Source: an uncultured Rubrivirga sp. (GTDB taxonomy: Bacteria; Actinomycetota; Actinomycetes; S36-B12). Taken from it: a DNA stretch of 64,000 nucleotides. The DNA is taken from NCBI GenBank assembly GCA_964385255.1, contig CAYLOH010000004.1:15060-79059 (forward strand), given 5' to 3'. The notes below the pieces were generated by a model. It was given only the letters and a program-made list of their open reading frames with translations, made no database searches and was not told where the DNA came from. Numbering within the stretch: position 1 is the first letter of the stretch; every line of letters begins with the position of its first letter. The translations under genes were made by a program, and so were the position numbers. Below, piece after piece: positions 8,935 through 17,237 of the stretch.

Positions 8935-9920
8935 CGCGAGAGTGCGCAGGTCGTCTGCTGGTGACGGGGGGACGCGGACTGCTCGGGAATGCGGTCATCT
9001 CGACCGCTCGGGATCGCGGGTGGAACGTCGTTGCGCTGCAAAGGCATGCCTCCGGGCTAGAGGACGGCGATCGGGTCGTGGACGTTCTGGGAAGCGTCAC
9101 GGACCGGGCGAGTGTGGAACGTGCGATCACCGACTGCGACGCCGTCATCCACATGGCAGCGCGAGTGGGCATCGAGGGACGGTGGCGCGAGTTCGAGGAC
9201 GTCAACGTGAACGGCACACGTACGGTGCTCGATGCGGCCCGACGAGCCAATGTTCGTTCGTTCGTCTACGTGTCCTCACCCTCTGTGGCACATGCCGGAC
9301 GCGCTCTGGTGGGCGCGGGCGCCGACCCCGCCGACCCCCACAAGACTCGCGGTCACTACGCACGCTCGAAGGCGATCGCCGAGCTATTGGTCATGCAAAC
9401 GCCGGACCTGCCGGTCGTGGCACTTCGTCCGCATCTGGTCTGGGGCCCCGGAGACGAGCAGTTGATTGGTCGCATCGTGTCCCGCGCTCGAAGCGGGCGG
9501 CTTTTCGTGATCGATGGTGGTCGAGCCCTGATCGATACGACCTATATCGACAACGCCGCCGATGCGATCGTGCATGCGCTCGATAAGGCCAACGATGATG
9601 GCGTTCGCGGACGAGCCTTTGTCGTCAGCAACGGCGAACCTCGCCCGGTGAGGGAGATCGTGCAATCGATACTCGCGGCGGCGGGGGTGGACGGCTCCCT
9701 TCGGTCGATTCCCTTCGCCCCGGCCTTCTTCGCGGGTGCGGTGGGGGAGTGGGTCGGGGCCCTGTCGCATCGAGAGCCACTGGTGACGCGCTTCCTGGTC
9801 GAACAGCTCGCCACGGCACATTGGTTCGACCCTCGGCCGAGTTGGGAGGCCCTCGACTGGCGTCCACGTGTCGGGTTCGACGAGGGCATGCGTCGTGTGG
9901 CGGCGCACTTTGGGTCGTAG
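8931..9920 (+). CDS. oleD: OleD: NAD(P)H-dependent 2-alkyl-3-oxoalkanoate reductase (extended SDR)
   Basis: Motifs VTGGRGLLG, SSPSV, YARSK and LRPHLVWGPGD; ATGA overlap with oleBC. Confidence 0.85.
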   Translation: MTRECAGRLLVTGGRGLLGNAVISTARDRGWNVVALQRHASGLEDGDRVVDVLGSVTDRASVERAITDCDAVIHMAARVGIEGRWREFEDVNVNGTRTVLDAARRANVRSFVYVSSPSVAHAGRALVGAGADPADPHKTRGHYARSKAIAELLVMQTPDLPVVALRPHLVWGPGDEQLIGRIVSRARSGRLFVIDGGRALIDTTYIDNAADAIVHALDKANDDGVRGRAFVVSNGEPRPVREIVQSILAAAGVDGSLRSIPFAPAFFAGAVGEWVGALSHREPLVTRFLVEQLATAHWFDPRPSWEALDWRPRVGFDEGMRRVAAHFGS

Positions 9921-9975
9921 TCCGGCGTGGCGGGACGATCGCGCCCGCCTCGTGAGGTAGACAGTCCTACATAGA

Positions 9976-10012
9976 GCAAGGCCCCTCGAAGTATGAGTTC
10001 GAGGGGCCTTGC
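9976..10012. terminator. Strong hairpin, probably a bidirectional terminator
   Basis: Perfect 15-bp stem GCAAGGCCCCTCGAA / TTCGAGGGGCCTTGC with a 7-nt loop, lying between oleD and the converging candidate ncRNA. Confidence 0.75.
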
Positions 10013-10217
10013 CATGGGGCTACGAGGGTTTCACCCGGTTTCCCGGGGCCTTCGCGGTGTGTGCAGACCGCGCGGCTCGCTCCTGTCGCCAGGAACCGAA
10101 ACCTCTCGACACTCCTCGACCCGTCCCTTGCGACCACCCTCGCCAGCACTCGAGGGTCTTCGGGTCTAACCCGATAGGCCGCCGGTTTTCGGACCGACCC
10201 GCACCTTGCGGTGCGTT
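9976..10217 (-). ncRNA. Candidate highly structured non-coding RNA, family unassigned
   Basis: About nine back-to-back hairpins; the loops read as GNRA (GCAA, GCGA, GAAA) only on the minus strand. Promoter-like elements upstream, terminator downstream, and no credible ORF. Confidence 0.65.
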
Positions 10218-10223
10218 AGGACA

Positions 10224-10345
10224 GTTCTAACAGTGCTTGGCAAGCCGACACAAGGTTTTTCCAAAGATTTTTTCGTCAATGTAGCCACGCTGTTAACAAT
10301 GATTTTTTCTGGTCACTTCTTTCACTTTCATTCTGCGATTTTCTT
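10224..10345 (-). promoter_or_regulatory. AT-rich divergent promoter region; putative promoter of the candidate ncRNA
   Basis: Minus-strand TTGTGT (10248-10253), 18-nt spacer, TAGAAC (10224-10229), preceded by several A-tracts. Markedly AT-rich compared with its flanks. Confidence 0.45.
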
Positions 10346-10363
10346 GCCCGGTAGCGTGCGCGC

Positions 10364-11566
10364 GTGACCGGATTCGGCTTCCAGGTGGACTCCCGACTGC
10401 GCGATTCGCTCGGTCGAACCGGAGTCATCACGACTCCACGCGGCACCATCCGCACCCCCGCTTTCATCCCGGTCGGAACGAAGGCGACGGTCAAGACGGT
10501 CCTACCCGAGACCGTGGCCGAGTTGGGCGCCCAGGCGGTCCTGGCGAACGCGTACCACCTGTATCTGCAGCCCGGCGCCGACATCGTCGAAGCAGCCGGC
10601 GGTCTCGGCGCCTTCATGAATTGGTCCGGCCCCACGTTCACCGACAGCGGGGGATTCCAAGTGCTGTCTCTCGGTGTCGGATTCAAGAAGGTGCTGGCCA
10701 TGGACACAACGGGCAAGACGATGGATGACGTCGTCGCGGAGGGAAAGGATCGACTTGCCCACGTGGACGACGACGGCGTCACCTTCACCTCGCACCTGGA
10801 TGGGTCGCGACACCGATTCACGGCAGAGGTTTCCATGCAGGTGCAGCACGCGATCGGCGCCGACATCATCTTCGCATTTGACGAATGCACCACGTTGATG
10901 AACTCTCGCGAGTACCAACAACGTGCCATGGCTCGCACGCTGGCCTGGGCTAACCGTTGCCTGGAGGAGCATCGACGCTTGACGAACGCGCACCCAGCCC
11001 GCCCCTATCAGGCATTGTTCGGGGTCGTGCAAGGAGCACAGTTCGAGGATCTACGTCGGCAGGCTGCCCGGGAGATCGGTGCGCTGGATTTCGACGGTTT
11101 CGGTATCGGTGGAGCGATCGAGAAGGAACGCATGGGGCAGATCGTGGCGTGGGTGTCCTCGGAGCTACCCGAAGACAAGCCCCGGCACCTGCTCGGCATC
11201 GGAGAGCCGCGTGACTTCTTCACTGCCATAGAAGCGGGTGCTGACACGTTCGATTGCGTATCCCCCGCTCGGGTGGCTCGAAACGCAGCGCTCTACTCCT
11301 TCGATGGACGCTTCAACGTCACAGCGAGCGCCCATCGCCGCGCCTTCGAGCCGATCGACGCGGAGTGCAGCTGCTACACCTGTCGCCATTACACACGGGC
11401 CTACCTGCACCACGCGTTCAAGGCCAAGGAGTCGATCGCGTCCACGCTGGCGACCATCCACAACGAGCACTTCATCGTCTCGCTGGTAGATCGAATCAGG
11501 TCGTCCATCGATGACGGCACCTACGAAGAATTCCGGGACGAGTTCCTCGGTAGGTATCCGGCTTAG
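10364..11566 (+). CDS. tgt: tRNA-guanine transglycosylase
   Basis: Motifs TPAFIPVGT, LANAYHL, TDSGGFQV, DECT, GVVQG, HLLGIG, DTFDCV, CSCYTC (Zn) and TIHN; TAGCGT -10 six nt before the GTG. Confidence 0.96.
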   Translation: MTGFGFQVDSRLRDSLGRTGVITTPRGTIRTPAFIPVGTKATVKTVLPETVAELGAQAVLANAYHLYLQPGADIVEAAGGLGAFMNWSGPTFTDSGGFQVLSLGVGFKKVLAMDTTGKTMDDVVAEGKDRLAHVDDDGVTFTSHLDGSRHRFTAEVSMQVQHAIGADIIFAFDECTTLMNSREYQQRAMARTLAWANRCLEEHRRLTNAHPARPYQALFGVVQGAQFEDLRRQAAREIGALDFDGFGIGGAIEKERMGQIVAWVSSELPEDKPRHLLGIGEPRDFFTAIEAGADTFDCVSPARVARNAALYSFDGRFNVTASAHRRAFEPIDAECSCYTCRHYTRAYLHHAFKAKESIASTLATIHNEHFIVSLVDRIRSSIDDGTYEEFRDEFLGRYPA

Positions 11567-12237
11567 GCGGACGGTGCGAGTTCGTAGGTCGGCTCACGTC
11601 TCTTCACGAAGGCGATCACTTGATAGGTCACCGGAAGCAAGATCACCTCGACGGCCGTCTTGTACACGAAGCCCACGATGACGTACGTGACGAAGTCTCC
11701 ACCGGTGATCACGCCGTAGAAGGCAATGGTGCAGAACACGACCGTGTCGGCGAACTCGCCCACCACCGTGGAGCCCAGGAGGCGTGCCCACAACTTGCGC
11801 TCCTGGGTGCGCCGCTTTATCCAGACCAACACGTAGGCGTTGAGCAGTTGTCCGACGAGGAAACCCAGCACGCTAGCCAGGACTATCCGCGGAACGAAGC
11901 CCAGAACTGCTTCGAAGGCGGCCTGGTTCTCCCACCCAGCCGCTGGCGGGGACATCTGCACCAGGAAGAACGTGAGGGCGGCCAAGGCCGACATGGCGAA
12001 CCCCAGGACGATCGCCCGCCGCGCGGCCTTCCAGCCGTACACCTCAGCGAGGACGTCACCCACTATGTAGACCAGTGGGAACAGGAACGCTCCGCCGTCG
12101 GTGATGAGCGGGCCAACCGCGATCAACTTCACCGCACCGATGTTGGAGATCAACAGCAGACCCACGAATATCGCTACCAGGGCCGGGTACACCCCGCCGG
12201 GCACCTTCGCGAAGTGTGGAGCGTGAGTCACGGACAT
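11563..12237 (-). CDS. yhhQ: Queuosine precursor transporter (YhhQ/VUT family)
   Basis: Multi-TM protein with SNIGAVK, FPLVYIVGDVLAEVYG, PRIVLAS and STVVGEFADT; adjacent to tgt. Confidence 0.9.
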   Translation of the reverse strand: MSVTHAPHFAKVPGGVYPALVAIFVGLLLISNIGAVKLIAVGPLITDGGAFLFPLVYIVGDVLAEVYGWKAARRAIVLGFAMSALAALTFFLVQMSPPAAGWENQAAFEAVLGFVPRIVLASVLGFLVGQLLNAYVLVWIKRRTQERKLWARLLGSTVVGEFADTVVFCTIAFYGVITGGDFVTYVIVGFVYKTAVEVILLPVTYQVIAFVKRREPTYELAPSA

Positions 12238-12238
12238 G

Positions 12239-12311
12239 CGCCCCCGGCAGGATTCGAACCTGCGGCCTTCGGTACCGGAAACCGGCGCTCTATCCCCTGA
12301 GCTACGGGGGC
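12239..12311 (-). tRNA. tRNA-Arg(CCG)
   Basis: Cloverleaf GCCCCCG TA GCTC AGGGGATA GAGC G CCGGT TTCCGGT ACCGA AGGCC GCAGG TTCGAAT CCTGC CGGGGGC G; CCA is not encoded. Confidence 0.96.
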
Positions 12312-12353
12312 CGAGGGGAGCGACAGGTTATCAGCGCGACGGTGCGCGATGAT

Positions 12354-13283
12354 GTGGCGGTGGTTGACCGAGCCCGGCCTGTGATCGAGTTCGGTCGCGG
12401 GGTTCTGCTGCGTTATTCCTCGGTCGGTGGCGGCATCGTCGCTGCTGGTTTGTCCTTCTACGTCTTCTTCGCCCTCGCGCCGACGGCGCTGGCGGTCGGT
12501 GCGTTGGCGGGGGCGTTCTTGACCGAGCAACAGGTCCAAAGCGGCATCCAGCAGATCGTCAATCGCAGTCCCGACACGCTGCAGCCTCTCGAGCCGGCTA
12601 TCGACGCCATCGCGACGTTGGCCGATCGCGGCTCGACAGGCGCATTCACCCTCACCACGATCGCCTCGATCGTGGTCGCAACTTACGTTGCGTCCAAGGT
12701 GGTCTACGGATTGCGCGTAACCCTCACGCAGATCTTCGGTGTCGCCGAACGCACCCACGGCGTCATCGACCGCGGCGTGTCGGCCGTCGTTGCCCTCATC
12801 GGCATCATCGCGATGGTTGCCGCCCTACTCGTACTGCAGCTACTACCCAGAGTCCTGGACGAACTGGGTATCAGCTCGTTCCTGCAACTCATGGGGTCAC
12901 GGGTCGTGAACTGGATCGTCCTAGCGCTCTTCGCCTTCATCATCTGCGGTGTCGCGATCCGAATCGTGTCCGACGTGCGCCCCCGCATCAGGATGCGCTC
13001 GTGGGGAGTTTTGTTCGCCACACTGTGGATGGTCGGATCTAGCGCGGTGTTCGGTCTGTACACGTCGCTGTCAAGCACGGTCGGAGCCACGGTGGTCGTG
13101 TTCGGTGCGCCGATCGTGTTGATGTTGTGGTCGTACTTGATATTCGTCGGCATCGTCCTCGGCGCGGCGATCGAAGCCCAGCGCATGGGGATCGCCGAGC
13201 CGGCGCGTCCAGCGCCGGTGTTGCGGCCCGAGTGGCTCGCTTGGTGGACGGCACGACGCGGGCGGTCTCGGAAGTCGAACTGA
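12354..13283 (+). CDS. YihY/virulence factor BrkB family membrane protein
   Basis: AAGLSFYVFFALAP motif, about 6 TM helices, and C-terminal FGAPIVLMLWSY...LGA. Start approximate. Confidence 0.8.
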   Translation: MAVVDRARPVIEFGRGVLLRYSSVGGGIVAAGLSFYVFFALAPTALAVGALAGAFLTEQQVQSGIQQIVNRSPDTLQPLEPAIDAIATLADRGSTGAFTLTTIASIVVATYVASKVVYGLRVTLTQIFGVAERTHGVIDRGVSAVVALIGIIAMVAALLVLQLLPRVLDELGISSFLQLMGSRVVNWIVLALFAFIICGVAIRIVSDVRPRIRMRSWGVLFATLWMVGSSAVFGLYTSLSSTVGATVVVFGAPIVLMLWSYLIFVGIVLGAAIEAQRMGIAEPARPAPVLRPEWLAWWTARRGRSRKSN

Positions 13284-13290
13284 CGCAGCC

Positions 13291-13587
13291 CTACGAGGAG
13301 AACCAACGCGGGGGGCCGGCGATCAACGCCGCGACGAAGGCTCCGAAGGCTGCGCCCACGCCGGCGGAGAAAGAACCGACGAAGGGCATCAAGAGTCCGC
13401 CGACCCAGCCGGCGGCGCCCAGCACGACCCCCGAGCCCACCGCGAAGGCGAGTCGTCCTCCGGCGGATGCCTCGCCCTGGGGCGCCGGCACTCGGGTCGG
13501 TGACTTCCCCGGGGACGTGGCTGGTGCGGAAGAGGTGTTCACGGAGTCGACCTCACGCAGGAGTCGTTCTATGTCGTCGTCGGCCAT
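13291..13587 (-). CDS. Small hypothetical membrane protein
   Basis: Acidic N-terminal helix (MADDDIERLLREVD) followed by two Gly/Ala-rich TM segments. Confidence 0.65.
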   Translation of the reverse strand: MADDDIERLLREVDSVNTSSAPATSPGKSPTRVPAPQGEASAGGRLAFAVGSGVVLGAAGWVGGLLMPFVGSFSAGVGAAFGAFVAALIAGPPRWFSS

Positions 13588-13613
13588 GGCACCAGTGTCC
13601 CCCACACGAGCAA

Positions 13614-13640
13614 GGGGCCCCACCCGAAGGTGGAGCCCCC
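13614..13640 (-). terminator. cspA terminator hairpin
   Basis: Minus-strand GGGGCTCCACC-TTCG-GGTGGGGCCCC (UUCG tetraloop) about 23 nt after the cspA stop. Confidence 0.7.
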
Positions 13641-13662
13641 TGTCGAAGTCGACGGGTGTGGA

Positions 13663-13866
13663 CTAGGCAGTCCGGACCTTGTCGGCCTGGGGACCCTTGG
13701 GTCCTTGGACGATGTCGAACTCGACGACCTGGTTCTCCTCGAGGGAGCGGTAGCCATCGGATTCAATCGCTGAGTAGTGGACGAATACGTCCGGTCCGCC
13801 ATCGGCTTGCGCGATGAAGCCGTAGCCCTTCTCTGAGTTGAACCACTTCACGGTTCCTTGAGCCAT
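13663..13866 (-). CDS. cspA: Cold-shock protein
   Basis: [18 protein letters not shown]...DVFVHYSAI (RNP1/RNP2); AAGGAG RBS. Confidence 0.96.
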   Translation of the reverse strand: MAQGTVKWFNSEKGYGFIAQADGGPDVFVHYSAIESDGYRSLEENQVVEFDIVQGPKGPQADKVRTA

Positions 13867-14065
13867 GTTGCACTTTCTCCTTGCACGAAGTTTCGCGCCG
13901 GACACCGCGTCCGCCGCGGGCTAGCCGCTCAAACCTTCGTCCGGAATCTGTGCTCGTGCTCAGAAACTTCTGCGTCACCTGGCTGGCGACACTATGAACG
14001 GTGGTGCTGATCGGGCCGTGCCTACCGTGAGCATAACCACAGCCGCCCGTCGCTACGCTCGCGCG

Positions 14066-15724
14066 GTGACCATCGACGAATTGCGGACCGCAATTGCCCG
14101 GTCACTGGGCCAGGTGCTCGCGGGTTCGCAAGCACCGGTGCCCCCGGTGGATCAGATCGTCGTCGAGCGCCCGAAGTCGCGAGACCATGGCGATTACGCC
14201 ACGAACGTCGCGCTCGTTCTTGCCAAGCAAGTCGGACGAAATCCCCGCGATCTAGCCCGAGATCTGGCTGACGCACTGCTCACGGTGGAGGGCATCGACT
14301 CGGTGGAAGTCGCCGGTCCCGGGTTCGTCAACATCACTCTCGAAGCCGCTGCGTTGGGCGAGGTCGCACGGACTGCAGTCATCGAAGGTTCGACCTACGG
14401 ACACTCGGCCACGCTCGCAGGCCGAAACGTCAACGTCGAATTCATCTCGGCCAACCCCACGGGACCTTTGCACCTGGGACACACGCGGTGGGCTGCAGTG
14501 GGTGATGCAATCGCGCGCGTTCTCGCGGCTGCTGGCGCGAACGTTGCACGCGAGTTCTACATAAACGATCGCGGCGTGCAGATGGACAAGTTCGGTGAGT
14601 CGGTGATGGCTGCCGCACACGGGCAACCGGTGCCGGAGGACGGATACCACGGTGGCTACATCACCGACCTGGCTGCACAGATACTCGCGGAGGATCCCGA
14701 CATCCTCGATCAGCCCGATGACGATCAACTCGTCTCCTTCCGCGAGGCCGCCTACGCGAAGCAACTTCGCCAGCAACAGCAAGTTCTGGAGCTATTCCGC
14801 ACCCACTTCGACGTCTGGTACTCCGAACGTCAACTCCACTCCTCGGGAGCCGTCGAGCGGGGACTGGACCGGCTGCGAGAACAAGGACACGTCTTCGAGC
14901 AGGACGGCGCCCTATGGCTGCGCACCACAGACTTCGGTGACGACAAGGATCGGGTACTCATCAAGGCGGACGGCGAATACACCTACTTCGCCTCCGATAC
15001 CGCGTATTACGTCGACAAGCGCTCACGAGGCTTCGACGTCAACATCTACCTGCTAGGGGCCGACCACCACGGATACGTGAATCGGTTGCGTGCTGTCGCC
15101 GCCTGCGCCGGTGACGACATGGATGCGGCTATCGAGGTACTCATCGGACAATTGGTCAAGATCACTCGGGGGGGGCAGGAAGTCAAGCTGTCCAAACGCG
15201 CGGGGAACATCGTCACTCTCGAGGACCTCGTCGAGGAAGTGGGTGTCGACGCGGCTCGCTACACCCTCACCCGGTACCCCGCCGATTCGCCCTTGACATT
15301 GGATCTTGAGACGATCACGCGGCAGACCAGCGATAACCCCGTCTTCTACGTTCAGTACGCGCACGCTCGGATCAGCTCGGTGTTGCGAGGAGCGGAGGAT
15401 TTGGGAATCGACTGGCGCGCCCTCCCGTTCAATCCGTCGCTGCTCGTCCATGAGCGAGAAGACGATCTTCTGGGCACCATCGCCCAGTTTCCCTCCGTCG
15501 TTGCCAGCGCCGCCGAGTTGCGCGAACCGCACCGCATCGCCCGGTACCTCGAGGAACTCGCGACCGTTTATCACCGCTTCTACGACGTGTGCTGGGTGCT
15601 GCCCCGAGGCGACGAGGAGTTGGGGGACCTCCATGTGGCGCGTCTGTGGCTGTGTGCTGCGACGCGACAAGTCCTTGCCAACGGGCTCGATCTGCTCGGC
15701 GTCAGCGCTCCGGACCGCATGTAG
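14066..15724 (+). CDS. argS: Arginine--tRNA ligase
   Basis: Motifs HGDYATN, VEFISANPTGPLHLGH, LSKRAG and NPVFYVQYAHAR; TACGCT -10 six nt before the GTG. Confidence 0.97.
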   Translation: MTIDELRTAIARSLGQVLAGSQAPVPPVDQIVVERPKSRDHGDYATNVALVLAKQVGRNPRDLARDLADALLTVEGIDSVEVAGPGFVNITLEAAALGEVARTAVIEGSTYGHSATLAGRNVNVEFISANPTGPLHLGHTRWAAVGDAIARVLAAAGANVAREFYINDRGVQMDKFGESVMAAAHGQPVPEDGYHGGYITDLAAQILAEDPDILDQPDDDQLVSFREAAYAKQLRQQQQVLELFRTHFDVWYSERQLHSSGAVERGLDRLREQGHVFEQDGALWLRTTDFGDDKDRVLIKADGEYTYFASDTAYYVDKRSRGFDVNIYLLGADHHGYVNRLRAVAACAGDDMDAAIEVLIGQLVKITRGGQEVKLSKRAGNIVTLEDLVEEVGVDAARYTLTRYPADSPLTLDLETITRQTSDNPVFYVQYAHARISSVLRGAEDLGIDWRALPFNPSLLVHEREDDLLGTIAQFPSVVASAAELREPHRIARYLEELATVYHRFYDVCWVLPRGDEELGDLHVARLWLCAATRQVLANGLDLLGVSAPDRM

Positions 15725-15773
15725 TCGCTCTCGTCATCGCCGGCCGCTGGGACCGCTGCCCTAGCCTTATGTC

Positions 15774-17189
15774 GTGCGCGCTCACCCGGCTGGTCCTCGG
15801 CATGGGGAATTCGTGACCGATACGGGCGTGGCCCCCGGCCCGCCGTCACCCGAATACATCGATCACCTCAACGATCGGGTGTGGCCACGTGATTGCCAGC
15901 GTGACTCATCGGGTGTCATGACCATCGCGGGCGTCGACGTCAGAGACATTGCACGTGACTTCGGCACCCCGGTCTTCGTTTTGGACGAAGCCGATCTGCG
16001 GGCGCGGGCTCGCGAGTACGCCGACGCCTACCGCCGCGCAGGTGCCGGAATGGTCTTCTACGCCGCGAAGGCCTTCTTGTCGACGGTGGTCGCCCGCTGG
16101 GTCACCGAGGAAGGTCTGGGCATCGACGTCGCCACCGGGGGTGAACTCGCCGTCGCTATCCGCGCAGGCGTTCCCGGTGAACTGCTGTTGATGCACGGCA
16201 ACAACAAGTCCGATGCGGAGATCGCCGCAGCGGTGACGCACGGGGTTGGCCGCATCGTCATCGACTCCTTCGAGGAGATTGCTCGCGTGGCGCACGCCGC
16301 CGCCAGGGCCGGACGTGTGCAGCCCGTTCTGGTTCGCGCGACAGTGGGTGTCGAGGCGCACACGCATGAATTCATCGCGACTGCGCACGAGGATCAGAAG
16401 TTCGGTCTGTCTGCCGCCGGTGGTGCTGTCGAGGAGGCGGTGCGCAGAATCGCCAAGCTGCCGAGTCTGACGCTGGTCGGTTTGCACTCGCACATCGGTT
16501 CTCAGATATTCGACGCGGCGGGATTCCAGATCGCTGCTGCCCGCGTGGTGGCTCTGGCTCAACGCATTTATGACGAGCAGGGGATCGAGATCGAGGAGTT
16601 GAATCTCGGTGGCGGCATGGGTATCGCTTACCTGGATTCCGATGATCCCATTGACGTCGCGGATATGGCCGCACAGATCGGTGACATCGTGGCCAAGGAG
16701 TGCGCCGATGCCGGAATCACAACTCCCTCCTTGGCTTTCGAACCCGGTCGCGCGATCGTTGGGCCCGCAGGTATCACCGTGTACGAGGTCGGCACGGTCA
16801 AACCCGTCGAACTCGACCACGGGGTGGTGCGCTCGTATGTGTCCGTGGACGGGGGAATGAGCGACAACATTCGAACCGCGCTCTACGGTGCCGACTACAC
16901 AGTCCGACTGGCGTCGAGATCCTCGACCGCCGAGCCCATGCTCTGTCGCGTAGTCGGCAAGCACTGCGAGTCCGGCGACATCGTCGTCCGGGACGCGTGG
17001 CTTCCCTCGGACCTAGCGCCCGGCGATCTCTTGGCGGTGGCCGCGACGGGCGCCTACTGCAGATCGATGGCGTCCAACTACAACTACGTCCCCCGACCAG
17101 CGGTCGTGTCCGTGCACGACGGTGTCGCGTCGGTGGTCCTGCGCCGCGAGACCATCGACGACCTGCTCAGCCTGGAACCGACCACCTGA
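15774..17189 (+). CDS. lysA: Diaminopimelate decarboxylase
   Basis: Motifs YAAKAF (PLP Lys), [20 protein letters not shown] and HCESGD. Confidence 0.96.
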   Translation: MRAHPAGPRHGEFVTDTGVAPGPPSPEYIDHLNDRVWPRDCQRDSSGVMTIAGVDVRDIARDFGTPVFVLDEADLRARAREYADAYRRAGAGMVFYAAKAFLSTVVARWVTEEGLGIDVATGGELAVAIRAGVPGELLLMHGNNKSDAEIAAAVTHGVGRIVIDSFEEIARVAHAAARAGRVQPVLVRATVGVEAHTHEFIATAHEDQKFGLSAAGGAVEEAVRRIAKLPSLTLVGLHSHIGSQIFDAAGFQIAAARVVALAQRIYDEQGIEIEELNLGGGMGIAYLDSDDPIDVADMAAQIGDIVAKECADAGITTPSLAFEPGRAIVGPAGITVYEVGTVKPVELDHGVVRSYVSVDGGMSDNIRTALYGADYTVRLASRSSTAEPMLCRVVGKHCESGDIVVRDAWLPSDLAPGDLLAVAATGAYCRSMASNYNYVPRPAVVSVHDGVASVVLRRETIDDLLSLEPTT

Positions 17190-17237
17190 CAGGCTGTGCC
17201 CCGGGTTGTCGAACGAGACGGAACGTAAGGAGTCGGA

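Noticed and set aside
9967-10230. Short ORFs 9967-10149(-) and 10009-10230(+) in the oleD-tgt gap
   Set aside because: No RBS or leaderless signature, no motifs, and they run through dense hairpins and a terminator. An RNA-structure explanation fits better.
9976-10363. preQ1 riboswitch, OLE RNA or CRISPR interpretation of the structured region
   Set aside because: No preQ1 consensus, and tgt appears leaderless on the opposite strand. It is far shorter than OLE RNA, whose name is unrelated to ole genes. The hairpins are not repeats of one sequence, and there are no cas genes.
12239-12311. tRNA as a prophage or ICE attachment site; C-A mismatch at the top of the anticodon stem
   Set aside because: No integrase or duplicated tRNA 3' end was seen. 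A single 27-43 mismatch is tolerated in functional tRNAs.
15168-15175. G8 run in argS
   Set aside because: In frame (Arg-Gly-Gly) in an essential gene of a GC-rich genome, so phase variation is implausible.
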